51,234 nt of DNA from Candidatus Pacearchaeota archaeon (GCA_023132255.1 JAGLYK010000015.1:1-51234), one strand, 5' to 3'. Numbered from the stretch's first letter, positions 9,398-17,568 are shown. Numbers and translations are program-made. Notes: generated by a model not told the origin, from the letters alone.

Positions 9398-9927
9398 CTT
9401 AACTTCTTAGGAACATGACTATTATCGTTCATGCTTCTAAGCCTCCAATTTTTAAATTTCTCTATCCAATAAATAATATTAATATTGGTTTCTCTCTGTC
9501 TAAATCCAATTGTTTTCTTAAGGTCAATTTTCATAAGAGAGGAAATTATCACTCGATTCACAAACCCGTGGCTAATTAATAAAATTGTTTTTTTCTGATT
9601 AGGATTAGAAGTTATTTTTTTTAGAAAAGAAATGAAATTTGAATATTTCTTCTTTTCATCTGCTTTCCACTTTTTTTTATCTTTCAGAAAAATTTCTGCA
9701 TTAAATTCCCTTAATGAAGTTTCTATTTTTGGTTTAATTTTAATTTTTTTAGAAACAATTTCCGCTGTTTGTTTTGCACGGAATAAATCACTACAATAAA
9801 ATTCCTCTATCACAAATTCTTTCAATCTTTTAGCAAGATGTTTTGCTTGCTTTGTTCCTTTCTTAGTTAAAGAAGGGTTTTCTCCTTCAGATTCTTTTTC
9901 AGCATGCCTAACAAATATTATCTCCAT
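9394..9927 (-). CDS. histidine phosphatase (phosphoglycerate mutase-like) family protein
   Basis: N-terminal IIFVRHAEKE (RHG-type motif) and a later SHG motif. 177 aa. Confidence 0.75.
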   Translation of the reverse strand: MEIIFVRHAEKESEGENPSLTKKGTKQAKHLAKRLKEFVIEEFYCSDLFRAKQTAEIVSKKIKIKPKIETSLREFNAEIFLKDKKKWKADEKKKYSNFISFLKKITSNPNQKKTILLISHGFVNRVIISSLMKIDLKKTIGFRQRETNINIIYWIEKFKNWRLRSMNDNSHVPKKLR

Positions 9928-9933
9928 TCAAAG

Positions 9934-10012
9934 ATCCCCTCTCGTTCGACTACACTTCTTATTCCGATGACATAGACACCATCCGGGTGTGGGCGGGCGA
10001 ATGAAAATCTTC
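9934..10012 (-). repeat. intergenic copy of the mosaic repeat (M1-type with internal insert)
   Basis: Minus strand reads GAAGATTTTCATTCGCCCGCC...GTCGAACGAGAGGGGATCTTTGA-ATG. It fills the whole gap between two CDSs and ends at the start codon of 9394..9927. Confidence 0.7.
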
Positions 10013-10547
10013 ATTGGAAGATTTCCTTCACAAGTTTAATTCTCTCTCTAACTCCTAATGTCTTAGTTTTATGAGCATCTAAAACTCCTGTCTGCCCTGC
10101 ATAATTCGCAAGTTCCCAGACTGTAATTCCCAAAAGTTTCGCAGTGTTCTGCATTGAAACACCGTGCCCGTAAATCTTCGACGCCTTGTTAATGCTCGCC
10201 TTCCTAAAAACTTCCTGAATATATTTTTTCATCCCCGGAGAAGTCTTCCCAATCTCCGCACGCAATTGTTTTAAATTTTTCTTCAGCAAGTTCTCATCTT
10301 TCTTTGCACTTCTCATAACCTCATCAATCTTTCTAGTCACAACATTTAAATTCTCAACATATCCTCTCTCCAAAATCTTGCCCAAAGAATAAACAATCAC
10401 AGCAACAGCAATGTTGTCTGCATCTTGCGTCCTCGACGCAGTATTATTTGTCTGGTCACTCAACTGCTTAAGTTTCAAAGTATCTTTATTTTTCAAGGCA
10501 ACTTTTGTCTCTTCAAGAATCCTAAGAATATTTTCAACCTCTTCCAT
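10011..10547 (-). CDS. hypothetical protein (possible C-terminal HTH)
   Basis: 178-aa ORF. The segment SMQNTAKLLGITVWELANYAG looks HTH-like. Confidence 0.45.
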   Translation of the reverse strand: MEEVENILRILEETKVALKNKDTLKLKQLSDQTNNTASRTQDADNIAVAVIVYSLGKILERGYVENLNVVTRKIDEVMRSAKKDENLLKKNLKQLRAEIGKTSPGMKKYIQEVFRKASINKASKIYGHGVSMQNTAKLLGITVWELANYAGQTGVLDAHKTKTLGVRERIKLVKEIFQ

Positions 10548-10578
10548 AATAAATTATAGAAAAGATGATTAATAAATG

Positions 10579-11293
10579 TTAACTATTAACTTCTATTATT
10601 ATTTGTTCACATCTTTCGCGAATAATTTTTTTCTTAGTATCATAATCTTTCAAAAAACTTCCAATGATTATCCCATCAGCAAAATTTAATTGCTCACAAA
10701 CATTATTTTTATTCACTCCTGCTCCTGAAAATAAATAATTATCTTCCCCAATTATTTTTCTGACAATCTTTAATTTCTCAATAGGTGTTTCAATTCCTGT
10801 TCCCTCACCAGTTGTCACAATTGCTTCACATCTTGGAATAGCCCTTTTTAATTCTCTAACTAATCCCTCACCTTTTTCCTGTGTCTTATATTTAAAATTA
10901 ATTCCTCCGAAAACAGAAACATTATTGTAATGCGCTCTTAATTTATTATATTCTCTCCATGACATATCTGCAGGATGAATACTATCAATTTGTATAAAGT
11001 CTGCCTTATAATTATTCACTAATTTAAAACTTAAATTTGAATCCCCTAAAATATTAACCCCCACCCTAAATTTGCTTTTATGGTTTTTTGCTCTTTCAAC
11101 TAGTGTTGCAATAACATCATCAGCACACCCATGATAATTCTCAATTATTGCTCCACTAAATCCTTCTTCCTCAAGAAGAAAAAGTTCCTCCAATGCCCCT
11201 TTCTACTCTCCCTTCAATATCCATTCCTGCAAGATGAATCATGCCAATTATAGCTTTAGAATCTCCAAATAAATCATAAAAAGATTTTCTCAT
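10579..11293 (-). pseudogene. BtpA/SgcQ-family TIM-barrel protein with an apparent frameshift
   Basis: The frame starting at ATG 11293 gives MRKSFYDLFGDSKAIIGMIHLAG..RVE. The main ORF (10579..11193, TTG start) continues as ALEELFLLEEEGFSGAIIENYHG. The frames switch at GAAAGGGG around 11198-11205. Confidence 0.6.
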
Positions 11294-11372
11294 ATAAAAA
11301 TATACTGTAGTGGTTTAAATTAATTATTGTGTTAGATGTTAACTTTTTATATTCCTTTTTCTTAACTTATCC

Positions 11373-12248
11373 ATGAAAACAGTAGCAGTTCATGACGGAA
11401 CTTTTCATGCAGATGAGGTTCTCGCTGTAGCAATTCTTAGATTGCTCTACCCTAAAATAAAAATAATCAGAACAAGAGATCCTGAAAAATTTAATAAGGC
11501 AGATTTTAGAGTTGATGTCGGAAGAAGATATAATCCGAAAACAGGTGATTTTGATCATCATCAAAACGAATTTAATGAAAAAAGAAAAAATAAAATCCCT
11601 TATGCTTCAGCAGGATTAGTATGGAAACACTTCGGAATGAAACTTGTTAATTCAAAAGAAGGATTTGATTATATTGAAGAGAAAATAATTCAATTACTCG
11701 ACGCAGAAGATAATGGTGTTCAAACTTATTCTAATGAGATTGTTCATCCTTATACATTGGGAAATGTTATTGTTTCATTCAATCCAAACTGGCAGAAAAG
11801 AAATTCTGATAAAGATAAGTTATTTGAAAAATCAGTTTTATTTACAAAAAATTTATTGAAGAGAGAAATAGATTTTGCTAATGGTATGATAAAAGCAAAT
11901 AAAATAATTAAAGAAGCAATTTCAAAATCAAATGGAGAATACATTGTGTTAGACCATTTGATTCCATGGAAAAAAACCGTCATAACTAAATCAAATATTA
12001 AGTTTGTTGTCCACAAACAATCTGATGGGAATTGGTTTGCTTCAGCAGTACCAGTTAAAGAGAATAGTTTTGAAAGCCGAAAGCTATTTCCAAGAAAATG
12101 GGCTGGATTAGAAGGTAAAGAATTAACACAAATAACTGGAGTAGAAGATTCTATTTTCTGCCATAAAAACCTTTTTGCTGCAGTAGCAAAATCAAAGGAA
12201 GGGGTAATTAAATTAGTTGAAATGGCTTTGAAGGAGAAAAAATCATGA
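11373..12248 (+). CDS. MYG1/UPF0160 family metal-dependent hydrolase
   Basis: HDGTFHADEVLAVAIL near the N-terminus and FDHHQ, which are hallmarks of the MYG1 family. Confidence 0.85.
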   Translation: MKTVAVHDGTFHADEVLAVAILRLLYPKIKIIRTRDPEKFNKADFRVDVGRRYNPKTGDFDHHQNEFNEKRKNKIPYASAGLVWKHFGMKLVNSKEGFDYIEEKIIQLLDAEDNGVQTYSNEIVHPYTLGNVIVSFNPNWQKRNSDKDKLFEKSVLFTKNLLKREIDFANGMIKANKIIKEAISKSNGEYIVLDHLIPWKKTVITKSNIKFVVHKQSDGNWFASAVPVKENSFESRKLFPRKWAGLEGKELTQITGVEDSIFCHKNLFAAVAKSKEGVIKLVEMALKEKKS

Positions 12249-12586
12249 AACAAATAATCTTAGATAGCAGTTTCATCCTAACATGCATAAAACAAAAAAT
12301 AGATTTTTTTGAAGAACTATTTGGAACTCAAATCTTAATCCCTGAACAAGTAATTAATGAAATTAAAAATTTAAAAAATCCAAATTCTAAACTGGCATTA
12401 AAACTTCTTGAAAAAAACAAATTCAAGAAAATTGATTTAGGGAAAGCCCATGTTGACAAATTAATCATTAGGTTTGCAAAAGAAAACCCAAAAACAATTA
12501 TCGCGACTTTAGACAGGGAAATAAAAAACAAAACTAAAAATCAGAAACTAATAATTAGAGGGAAAAAAAAGTTGGAAATCATTTAA
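12245..12586 (+). CDS. PIN-domain protein (Fcf1/VapC-like)
   Basis: 113 aa. N-terminal IILDSSFIL and C-terminal ATLDREIK acidic motifs typical of PIN nucleases. 4-nt overlap with the upstream gene. Confidence 0.6.
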   Translation: MKQIILDSSFILTCIKQKIDFFEELFGTQILIPEQVINEIKNLKNPNSKLALKLLEKNKFKKIDLGKAHVDKLIIRFAKENPKTIIATLDREIKNKTKNQKLIIRGKKKLEII

Positions 12587-12634
12587 TCTCTAAGGAAATC
12601 TTTAAAAACCAATTTCTATTCTAATTTTCAGAAA

Positions 12635-13237
12635 ATGTTCTGTTTAGTTGAAGTTGAAGATTATATAAGAGTAGAGCCGAAGTTGTTTGGTTTGCCTACT
12701 CAAGAGGCTGTTGAAAATCAGCTTCGGGAAACTTATGCAGATTATTACGACAAAGAAATGGGAAAAGCAGTGGCAGTTATTGCAGTCCTGAAAGTTGGAA
12801 AAGGCGTAATCATTCCCGGGGACGGCGCAGCATACTACAATTCAAAATTTAAACTGCTTGTCTGGAAACCAGAATTGCAGGAAATCGTCTACGGAACAAT
12901 TTCAGAGATTACAAACTTTGGCGCGTTCATGGACATGGGGGTAATGAGGGGAATGATACACATCAGCCAGACAATGGATGACTATGTAAGTTTCAGCAAG
13001 TCAAATTCACTGCTTGGAAAATCAACAAAAAGAAATCTAAAACAGGGAGACTTATGCATGGCAAGAGTTGTTGCAATCAGCCACAAAGGAGATGAACCAA
13101 AAATAGGACTGACAATGAGACAACCTGGTTTAGGGAAACTGGAATGGATTAAAGAAGACCAGATTAAAAAAGAAAAAGCTGAAAAAAAAGCACTGAAAGC
13201 AGAAGACAAAGCAGTAAAGGGGAAAAAGAAAAAATGA
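12635..13237 (+). CDS. rpoE: DNA-directed RNA polymerase subunit E' (Rpo7)
   Basis: N-terminal Rpo7 fold (MF.LVEVEDYIRVEPKLFG) plus an S1 domain (GTISEITNFGAFMDMG). Confidence 0.9.
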   Translation: MFCLVEVEDYIRVEPKLFGLPTQEAVENQLRETYADYYDKEMGKAVAVIAVLKVGKGVIIPGDGAAYYNSKFKLLVWKPELQEIVYGTISEITNFGAFMDMGVMRGMIHISQTMDDYVSFSKSNSLLGKSTKRNLKQGDLCMARVVAISHKGDEPKIGLTMRQPGLGKLEWIKEDQIKKEKAEKKALKAEDKAVKGKKKK

Positions 13238-13497
13238 ATATCGCTTATGATTGTGGAGAAAATATAAATCATTGTTTTATTAGAGTGTCGAAGGAAGACC
13301 AATTAGTTGGAACTGCTGAAATTAAAAGAGGACTTGGAATGACAATACTCATTGCAAAAGACAGAAAAGGAAATAATTTAGCAGGCTATTGCCAATATTC
13401 AAAATTATTAGAAGAAGAAAAGAAATATGCAGAAGATATTATCATAACGAACTATAATAAACATCAAGGAGGACTAAATGAAACAAAAAGCATGTAA
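13234..13497 (+). CDS. hypothetical protein wedged between rpo7 and spt4
   Basis: 87-aa ORF overlapping rpo7 by 4 nt and spt4 by 20 nt. No motif. Confidence 0.35.
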   Translation: MNIAYDCGENINHCFIRVSKEDQLVGTAEIKRGLGMTILIAKDRKGNNLAGYCQYSKLLEEEKKYAEDIIITNYNKHQGGLNETKSM

Positions 13498-13663
13498 AAT
13501 CTGCAAGAAAATCTATGAAGGAGACAAATGCCCCAGATGTGAATCCAGAGAATCAACAGAAGGATTCAAGGGAAGGATTGTTGTGAAAAATCCTGAAAAA
13601 TCAGAAATAGCACAAAAATTAAATATCAAAGAAAAAGGAAACTTTGCAATCAAAGTGAGGTAG
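13478..13663 (+). CDS. spt4: transcription elongation factor Spt4 (RpoE'')
   Basis: 61 aa with a CKIC...CPRC zinc ribbon, in the conserved position after rpo7. Confidence 0.85.
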   Translation: MKQKACKICKKIYEGDKCPRCESRESTEGFKGRIVVKNPEKSEIAQKLNIKEKGNFAIKVR

Positions 13664-13667
13664 TTTT

Positions 13668-14054
13668 ATGGAAATAATTAATGAAAAAGAAAACAAACTT
13701 TTCAACAGAAAAGAAATTCAAATAAATATTGAAGCAGAAATTACACCAAGTCATGAAGAAGCTAAAAAATTAATTTCTGAAAAATTCTCAACCCAACCAG
13801 AAAACATCAGAATAAAAAAAATCTTGGGAAAGTTCGGCTCAAAAGTTTTTGAGATTTCTGCAAATATTTATTTTTCTGAAGAAGAAAAAAATAAAACTGA
13901 AATTTTTTCAAAAAAAGAAAAAGAAAGAGAGAGAAAACCTGAACCTGCATCGCCTGGTGTACCCTCAAATACTGAATTACAGGGCAAAAAAACCGAAGCT
14001 CCTGTTGAAGAAAAACAAGAAGAAATTAAAGAAAAATCTAATGAGGTAAATTAA
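13668..14054 (+). CDS. rps24e: 30S ribosomal protein S24e with a K/E-rich C-terminal extension
   Basis: The N-terminal ~95 aa match the S24e pattern (NKLFNRKEIQ...ITPSHEE...). The tail contains the ASPGVPSNT repeat module. Confidence 0.85.
   Translation: MEIINEKENKLFNRKEIQINIEAEITPSHEEAKKLISEKFSTQPENIRIKKILGKFGSKVFEISANIYFSEEEKNKTEIFSKKEKERERKPEPASPGVPSNTELQGKKTEAPVEEKQEEIKEKSNEVN
13938..13985 (+). repeat. GGTGTACC-core repeat module in frame in the S24e tail
   Basis: CCTGAACCTGCATCGCCTGGTGTACCCTCAAATACTGAATTACAGGG. The ACTGAATT.C.GGG part resembles CTCACTGAATTCGGG in the thermosome insertion. Confidence 0.6.
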
Positions 14055-14319
14055 AATCGCAAAGAAAAAATCAAAACCAAAAAAAGGAAAAAAGCCGCAC
14101 AAGAACAAGGCAACTAGCAGGAAGTATACTAAATATAAAATAGATGGTGATAAAGTTACAAGAGAAAGATTTTGTCCAAGATGCGGGCCTGGAGTTTTTT
14201 TAATGAAATCACAGGGAAGAGTTTATTGCGGGAAATGTCATTATAGTGAGTTTGAGGGTAAAAAAGAAACAAAACCTGAATCTAAAGTTGAGGAAAAGAA
14301 AGAAGAGAAAAAAGAATGA
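14050..14319 (+). CDS. rps27ae: 30S ribosomal protein S27ae (start codon unresolved)
   Basis: Frame after TAA 14047-14049 encodes IKIAKKKSKPKKGKKPHKNK...YKIDGDKVTRERFCPRCGPGVFLMKSQGRVYCGKCHY. There is no ATG/GTG/TTG before the zinc knuckle. It is absent from the ORF track for that reason. Confidence 0.75.
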   Translation: MKIAKKKSKPKKGKKPHKNKATSRKYTKYKIDGDKVTRERFCPRCGPGVFLMKSQGRVYCGKCHYSEFEGKKETKPESKVEEKKEEKKE

Positions 14320-14330
14320 TTTTATTTCTA

Positions 14331-14627
14331 TTAATAATTCATTGGCAATACTAATTCTTTAATGTATTTTAATTTATGTGAGCTTTCCTCGTTTTTATGG
14401 GCAATCAAAAAACATGCTGTTTCTTCATGAGTACAAAGTTCTTCTCCAAAATTATAAGTGATATGAATTTCTTGCCACTTACCATATAATTCGTGTAGCA
14501 AACAACCCTTACATTCTTTTGTCTCGTTTTCTTTTTTACAAGCATCAAATATCTTAATTAATTGAGGCCATTTCATTTTAGCAGCTAAATTTGCTTGAGC
14601 ATTATTACCTTCGATATTATTTTTCAA
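14331..14627 (-). CDS. hypothetical Cys/His-containing protein
   Basis: 98-aa ORF with no recognisable family. Confidence 0.35.
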   Translation of the reverse strand: MKNNIEGNNAQANLAAKMKWPQLIKIFDACKKENETKECKGCLLHELYGKWQEIHITYNFGEELCTHEETACFLIAHKNEESSHKLKYIKELVLPMNY

Positions 14628-14753
14628 AGTTTTTATCTTTAATATTACCTCACACTAAAATTATGATTATAACCCTGGGAGTTGCATAAAATTTATTGAA
14701 AACCATAAATCCTTGAAATTTTTTTCAGGGAGGGTTTTAAGTATTTATTATAA

Positions 14754-14808
14754 CCCTGGGAGATTCTTCAAGCCAGTCAAAACAGATAGCTTGAAGCCTC
14801 TCCTGGGG
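14754..14808 (+). other. long imperfect hairpin in a 390-nt ORF-free region (candidate structured RNA)
   Basis: CCCTGGGAG-att-CTTCAAGC [15-nt loop] GCTTGAAG-cct-CTCCTGGGG gives 9 + 8 bp including G-U pairs. The strand is not determinable from sequence. Confidence 0.3.
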
Positions 14809-15027
14809 AAAAAGAGGTGATAGTATATGGAATACCCTGGACTATTTAAATCTTTCGTTTATGTTACCCTTAAAAAATGACAGGCTGAAATTAGTTTAAA
14901 GTAGTAATTAAAATTACTTCTGTAAAATACACCACTAAAATTAGGCACTACATAATATTTTTTTAGGCACTACAAATGCAAATTCTTCTCACAAAACAAT
15001 TATAAAACCAAATTAATTATTTAGCTA

Positions 15028-16029
15028 ATGGAAAAAGATGTGAGGGATATGCGATTTCCGTCGGATTGCAATAGAGAAATTGCTTCACGGAACAGGAAGC
15101 AAATCAAAGATTTTCAGTCGTCCGCCGAGGACATCGAACGAAAGGGAGATTCCAAAGAACCGCCAGGTTCTTTTGTTCAGGAGCAAATCCACGACATTTT
15201 ATTCAACAGGGAAATCGGTTGGCAAGAAATCATCTACGACCTAATCAACACAGAACAGCTTGACCCGTGGGACATAAACATAACAATTCTAACTAACAAA
15301 TACCTTGAAAAAATAGAGCAATTTGAAGAAGCAGATTTCTTCATCTCAAGCAAAGTCCTTTTGGCAGCTGCACTTCTCCTTAGAATCAAATCTGAAATCC
15401 TGTTAAACACTTACATCAAAAGCATAGACGAAATCCTCTTTGGAAAAAAAGAAAAAAAGAAACATGTCCTTGAAAGAATCGAACTTGACGAAGAAATCCC
15501 AGAACTAATTCCCCGAAGCCCAATTCCTCGTTACAAAAAAGTTACATTAAAAGAATTAATTAATTCATTAAACAAAGCAATCAAAACCGAAAACAGAAGA
15601 ATCAAAAAAGAAATAATCCACAAAAACGCATTAAGGGAAACAGGAATCTTTTTGCCAAAAAGAAAAATCAACATCCGCAACAAGATAAAACAAATCTATG
15701 AAAACCTGTTAAGTCATCTTGGCGAGGATAAAGCCAGGAAAAAAATTTCTTTTACAGAATTTGCCGGAACAAGCAGGGAAGAAAAAATAGCTTGTTTTTC
15801 TCCGCTTCTGCATCTGGAAAATCAAAAAAAAATCTGGCTTGAACAGGAAGAGCATTTTGAAGAAATTCATCTCTGGCTCAAAAAAACTTATCTAAAACAT
15901 AATCCAGACCCATTTGCAGATTTAAAATACGAAATAGAAAAAGAGATAAAAACCGAGGACATCAAACGAGACAAAGAACAAAAACAAAGATTAGACAAAA
16001 TAAATAAAGATTTTGTGGAACTTATTTAA
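15028..16029 (+). CDS. scpA: segregation and condensation protein A (kleisin) with a repeat-derived N-terminus
   Basis: The core (WQEIIYDLINTEQLDPWDINITILTNKYLEKI...) is ScpA-like. There is no in-frame ATG/GTG/TTG downstream of the repeat, so the repeat must be translated. Confidence 0.75.
   Translation: MEKDVRDMRFPSDCNREIASRNRKQIKDFQSSAEDIERKGDSKEPPGSFVQEQIHDILFNREIGWQEIIYDLINTEQLDPWDINITILTNKYLEKIEQFEEADFFISSKVLLAAALLLRIKSEILLNTYIKSIDEILFGKKEKKKHVLERIELDEEIPELIPRSPIPRYKKVTLKELINSLNKAIKTENRRIKKEIIHKNALRETGIFLPKRKINIRNKIKQIYENLLSHLGEDKARKKISFTEFAGTSREEKIACFSPLLHLENQKKIWLEQEEHFEEIHLWLKKTYLKHNPDPFADLKYEIEKEIKTEDIKRDKEQKQRLDKINKDFVELI
15051..15175 (+). repeat. composite mosaic repeat (hairpin module M0 + module M1 + tail) forming ScpA codons 9-50
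   Basis: GCGATTTCCGTCGGATTGCAATAGAGAAATTGC (M0), then AAGCAAATCAAAGATTTTCAGTCGTCCGCCGAGGACATCGAACGAAAG (M1), then GGGAGATTCCAAAGAACCGCCAGGTTCTTTTG (tail). Confidence 0.85.
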
Positions 16030-16090
16030 AAGGAGTTTAAGAATATTTCAGCACACATAATTTTAAAAAAAGGTTTATTTTATTTCTTTT

Positions 16091-16414
16091 ATGAACAGCC
16101 TTGATAAAAAATTAAAAAGAAAAGGGTGGAAAGTTGTTGATTGTATTAGGGATGAAGAACTCCCAGTAAAACTTTGTAAGATTGCCTTGGAAATTGCTAG
16201 AGGGAATTATGATACTGTAAAATTAATTCCATCAGATATTGCTAGGGAAGGAGAAGAATGGATTCCAAAATACCCTTCCCATATTTTATATGCATCTGGC
16301 AGTAAATCTTTAAAGAAAGAATTAGATGAAAGAGGTGTGTATTTTTATCTTTCTACCTTATGTGTTCATCAACAAACTGGTGAATTGAGAAAAATGCCTA
16401 TTAACCTGATATAA
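16091..16414 (+). CDS. hypothetical protein
   Basis: 107-aa ORF with no motif. Confidence 0.4.
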   Translation: MNSLDKKLKRKGWKVVDCIRDEELPVKLCKIALEIARGNYDTVKLIPSDIAREGEEWIPKYPSHILYASGSKSLKKELDERGVYFYLSTLCVHQQTGELRKMPINLI

Positions 16415-16449
16415 ACAAATCTTAAAAACTTCCTCTCTTTGTTTTTCTT

Positions 16450-17133
16450 ATGAAATCAGCAGTATTATTTTCAGGAGGAAAAGATTCCTGCTATGCAACA
16501 TATTTAGCAGGAAAACAAGGTTATGAAATTTCCTGCTTGATTTCTGTTTTTTCTGAAAATAAAGAAAGTTATATGTTCCATACCCCGTCAATTTCAAAAG
16601 TAAAAACACAGGCAAAAGTCATGGAAATTCCATTGCTCATAAAAAAGACAAAAGGAAAAAAAGAAGAAGAATTAAAAGATTTAGAAAAAATAATTTCAAA
16701 AGCAAAAGAAAAATTTAAAGTTGACACAATTGTTACAGGAGCAATAGCGTCGGTTTATCAGGCATCAAGAATTCAGAAAATCTGTGACAAATTAAATCTA
16801 AAGTGTTTTAATCCTTTGTGGAAAAAAAATGAGTTAGAATATTGGGATGAACTTTTTAAGAATAACTTTGAGATAATGATTGTGGGATTAGCATCTGAAG
16901 GGTTAGATGAAAAATGGTTGGGAAAAATAATTAATAAAGAAAGTTTTGAAGAATTAAAAGAATTAAAAAAGAAATTTAAATTTCATTTAGCATTTGAGGG
17001 AGGAGAAGCAGAAACTTTTGTAACAAACTGCCCTTTGTTTAAGAAAAAAATTAAAGTCATTAAAGGTGAAAAAATTTGGGAAGGAAATAGCGGGAGATAT
17101 GATATTCAAGAGATTGAGTTGGTTGGGAAGTGA
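16450..17133 (+). CDS. dph6: diphthine-ammonia ligase / MJ0570-type N-type ATP pyrophosphatase
   Basis: AVLFSGGKDSCYA PP-loop-like motif, 227 aa, GAIASVYQ and EGGEAETF motifs typical of the family. Confidence 0.75.
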   Translation: MKSAVLFSGGKDSCYATYLAGKQGYEISCLISVFSENKESYMFHTPSISKVKTQAKVMEIPLLIKKTKGKKEEELKDLEKIISKAKEKFKVDTIVTGAIASVYQASRIQKICDKLNLKCFNPLWKKNELEYWDELFKNNFEIMIVGLASEGLDEKWLGKIINKESFEELKELKKKFKFHLAFEGGEAETFVTNCPLFKKKIKVIKGEKIWEGNSGRYDIQEIELVGK

Positions 17134-17223
17134 TTTTGTTATTGATAGATTCTGTTAAATTGAATTACTATAACTTATTTATTTTAGCGAAGGTTTTTTA
17201 AATAACAACAGCTTAATAAAAAT

Positions 17224-17568
17224 ATGAAAGTTACAAATTCCAAAATCAGTTTATTTATTCAATTTCTATTAATTATTTTAGTTTGGAGTTCTCCTTTTTG
17301 GCTTGACTGGAAATTGATTTTTATTGGAATTTTTATTTATTATTTTCAACTAATTATTCTTAAAGAAGATTTTTTCACAAAAAGAAATTTCAATACAAAA
17401 GAGAGAGGAGAAATGACTTTTTATTCTTTCATTTTGGAAAAAATTGGGATAAATATTGATAGAAAAAGAATGCAATTAGTTTCGGATTATATCTTTCCTT
17501 GGGTAATTTTCGCTGTTGCTTATTATTGGCAAATTTTTCTTGAAAAATTAATTTGGATTAGTTTCTAA
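17224..17568 (+). CDS. hypothetical membrane protein
   Basis: 114 aa with about 3 hydrophobic segments. Confidence 0.4.
   Translation: MKVTNSKISLFIQFLLIILVWSSPFWLDWKLIFIGIFIYYFQLIILKEDFFTKRNFNTKERGEMTFYSFILEKIGINIDRKRMQLVSDYIFPWVIFAVAYYWQIFLEKLIWISF

Noticed and set aside
13849-14049. 66-aa K-rich ORF in an alternative frame of the S24e tail
   Set aside because: It is a poly-lysine reading of an A-rich tract inside the S24e gene. The S24e frame is supported by family similarity.
14667-14842. Possible mini-CRISPR array (repeated TTATAACCCTGGGAG)
   Set aside because: There are only two or three copies of a 12-15-nt motif with ~81-nt spacing. The repeats are too short, the spacers too long, and there are no cas genes or leader.
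14816-14893. Possible C/D box sRNA (GTGATAG ... CTGA)
   Set aside because: The C box deviates from RUGAUGA, there are no convincing C'/D' boxes, and the length (about 75 nt) is atypical for archaeal C/D sRNAs.
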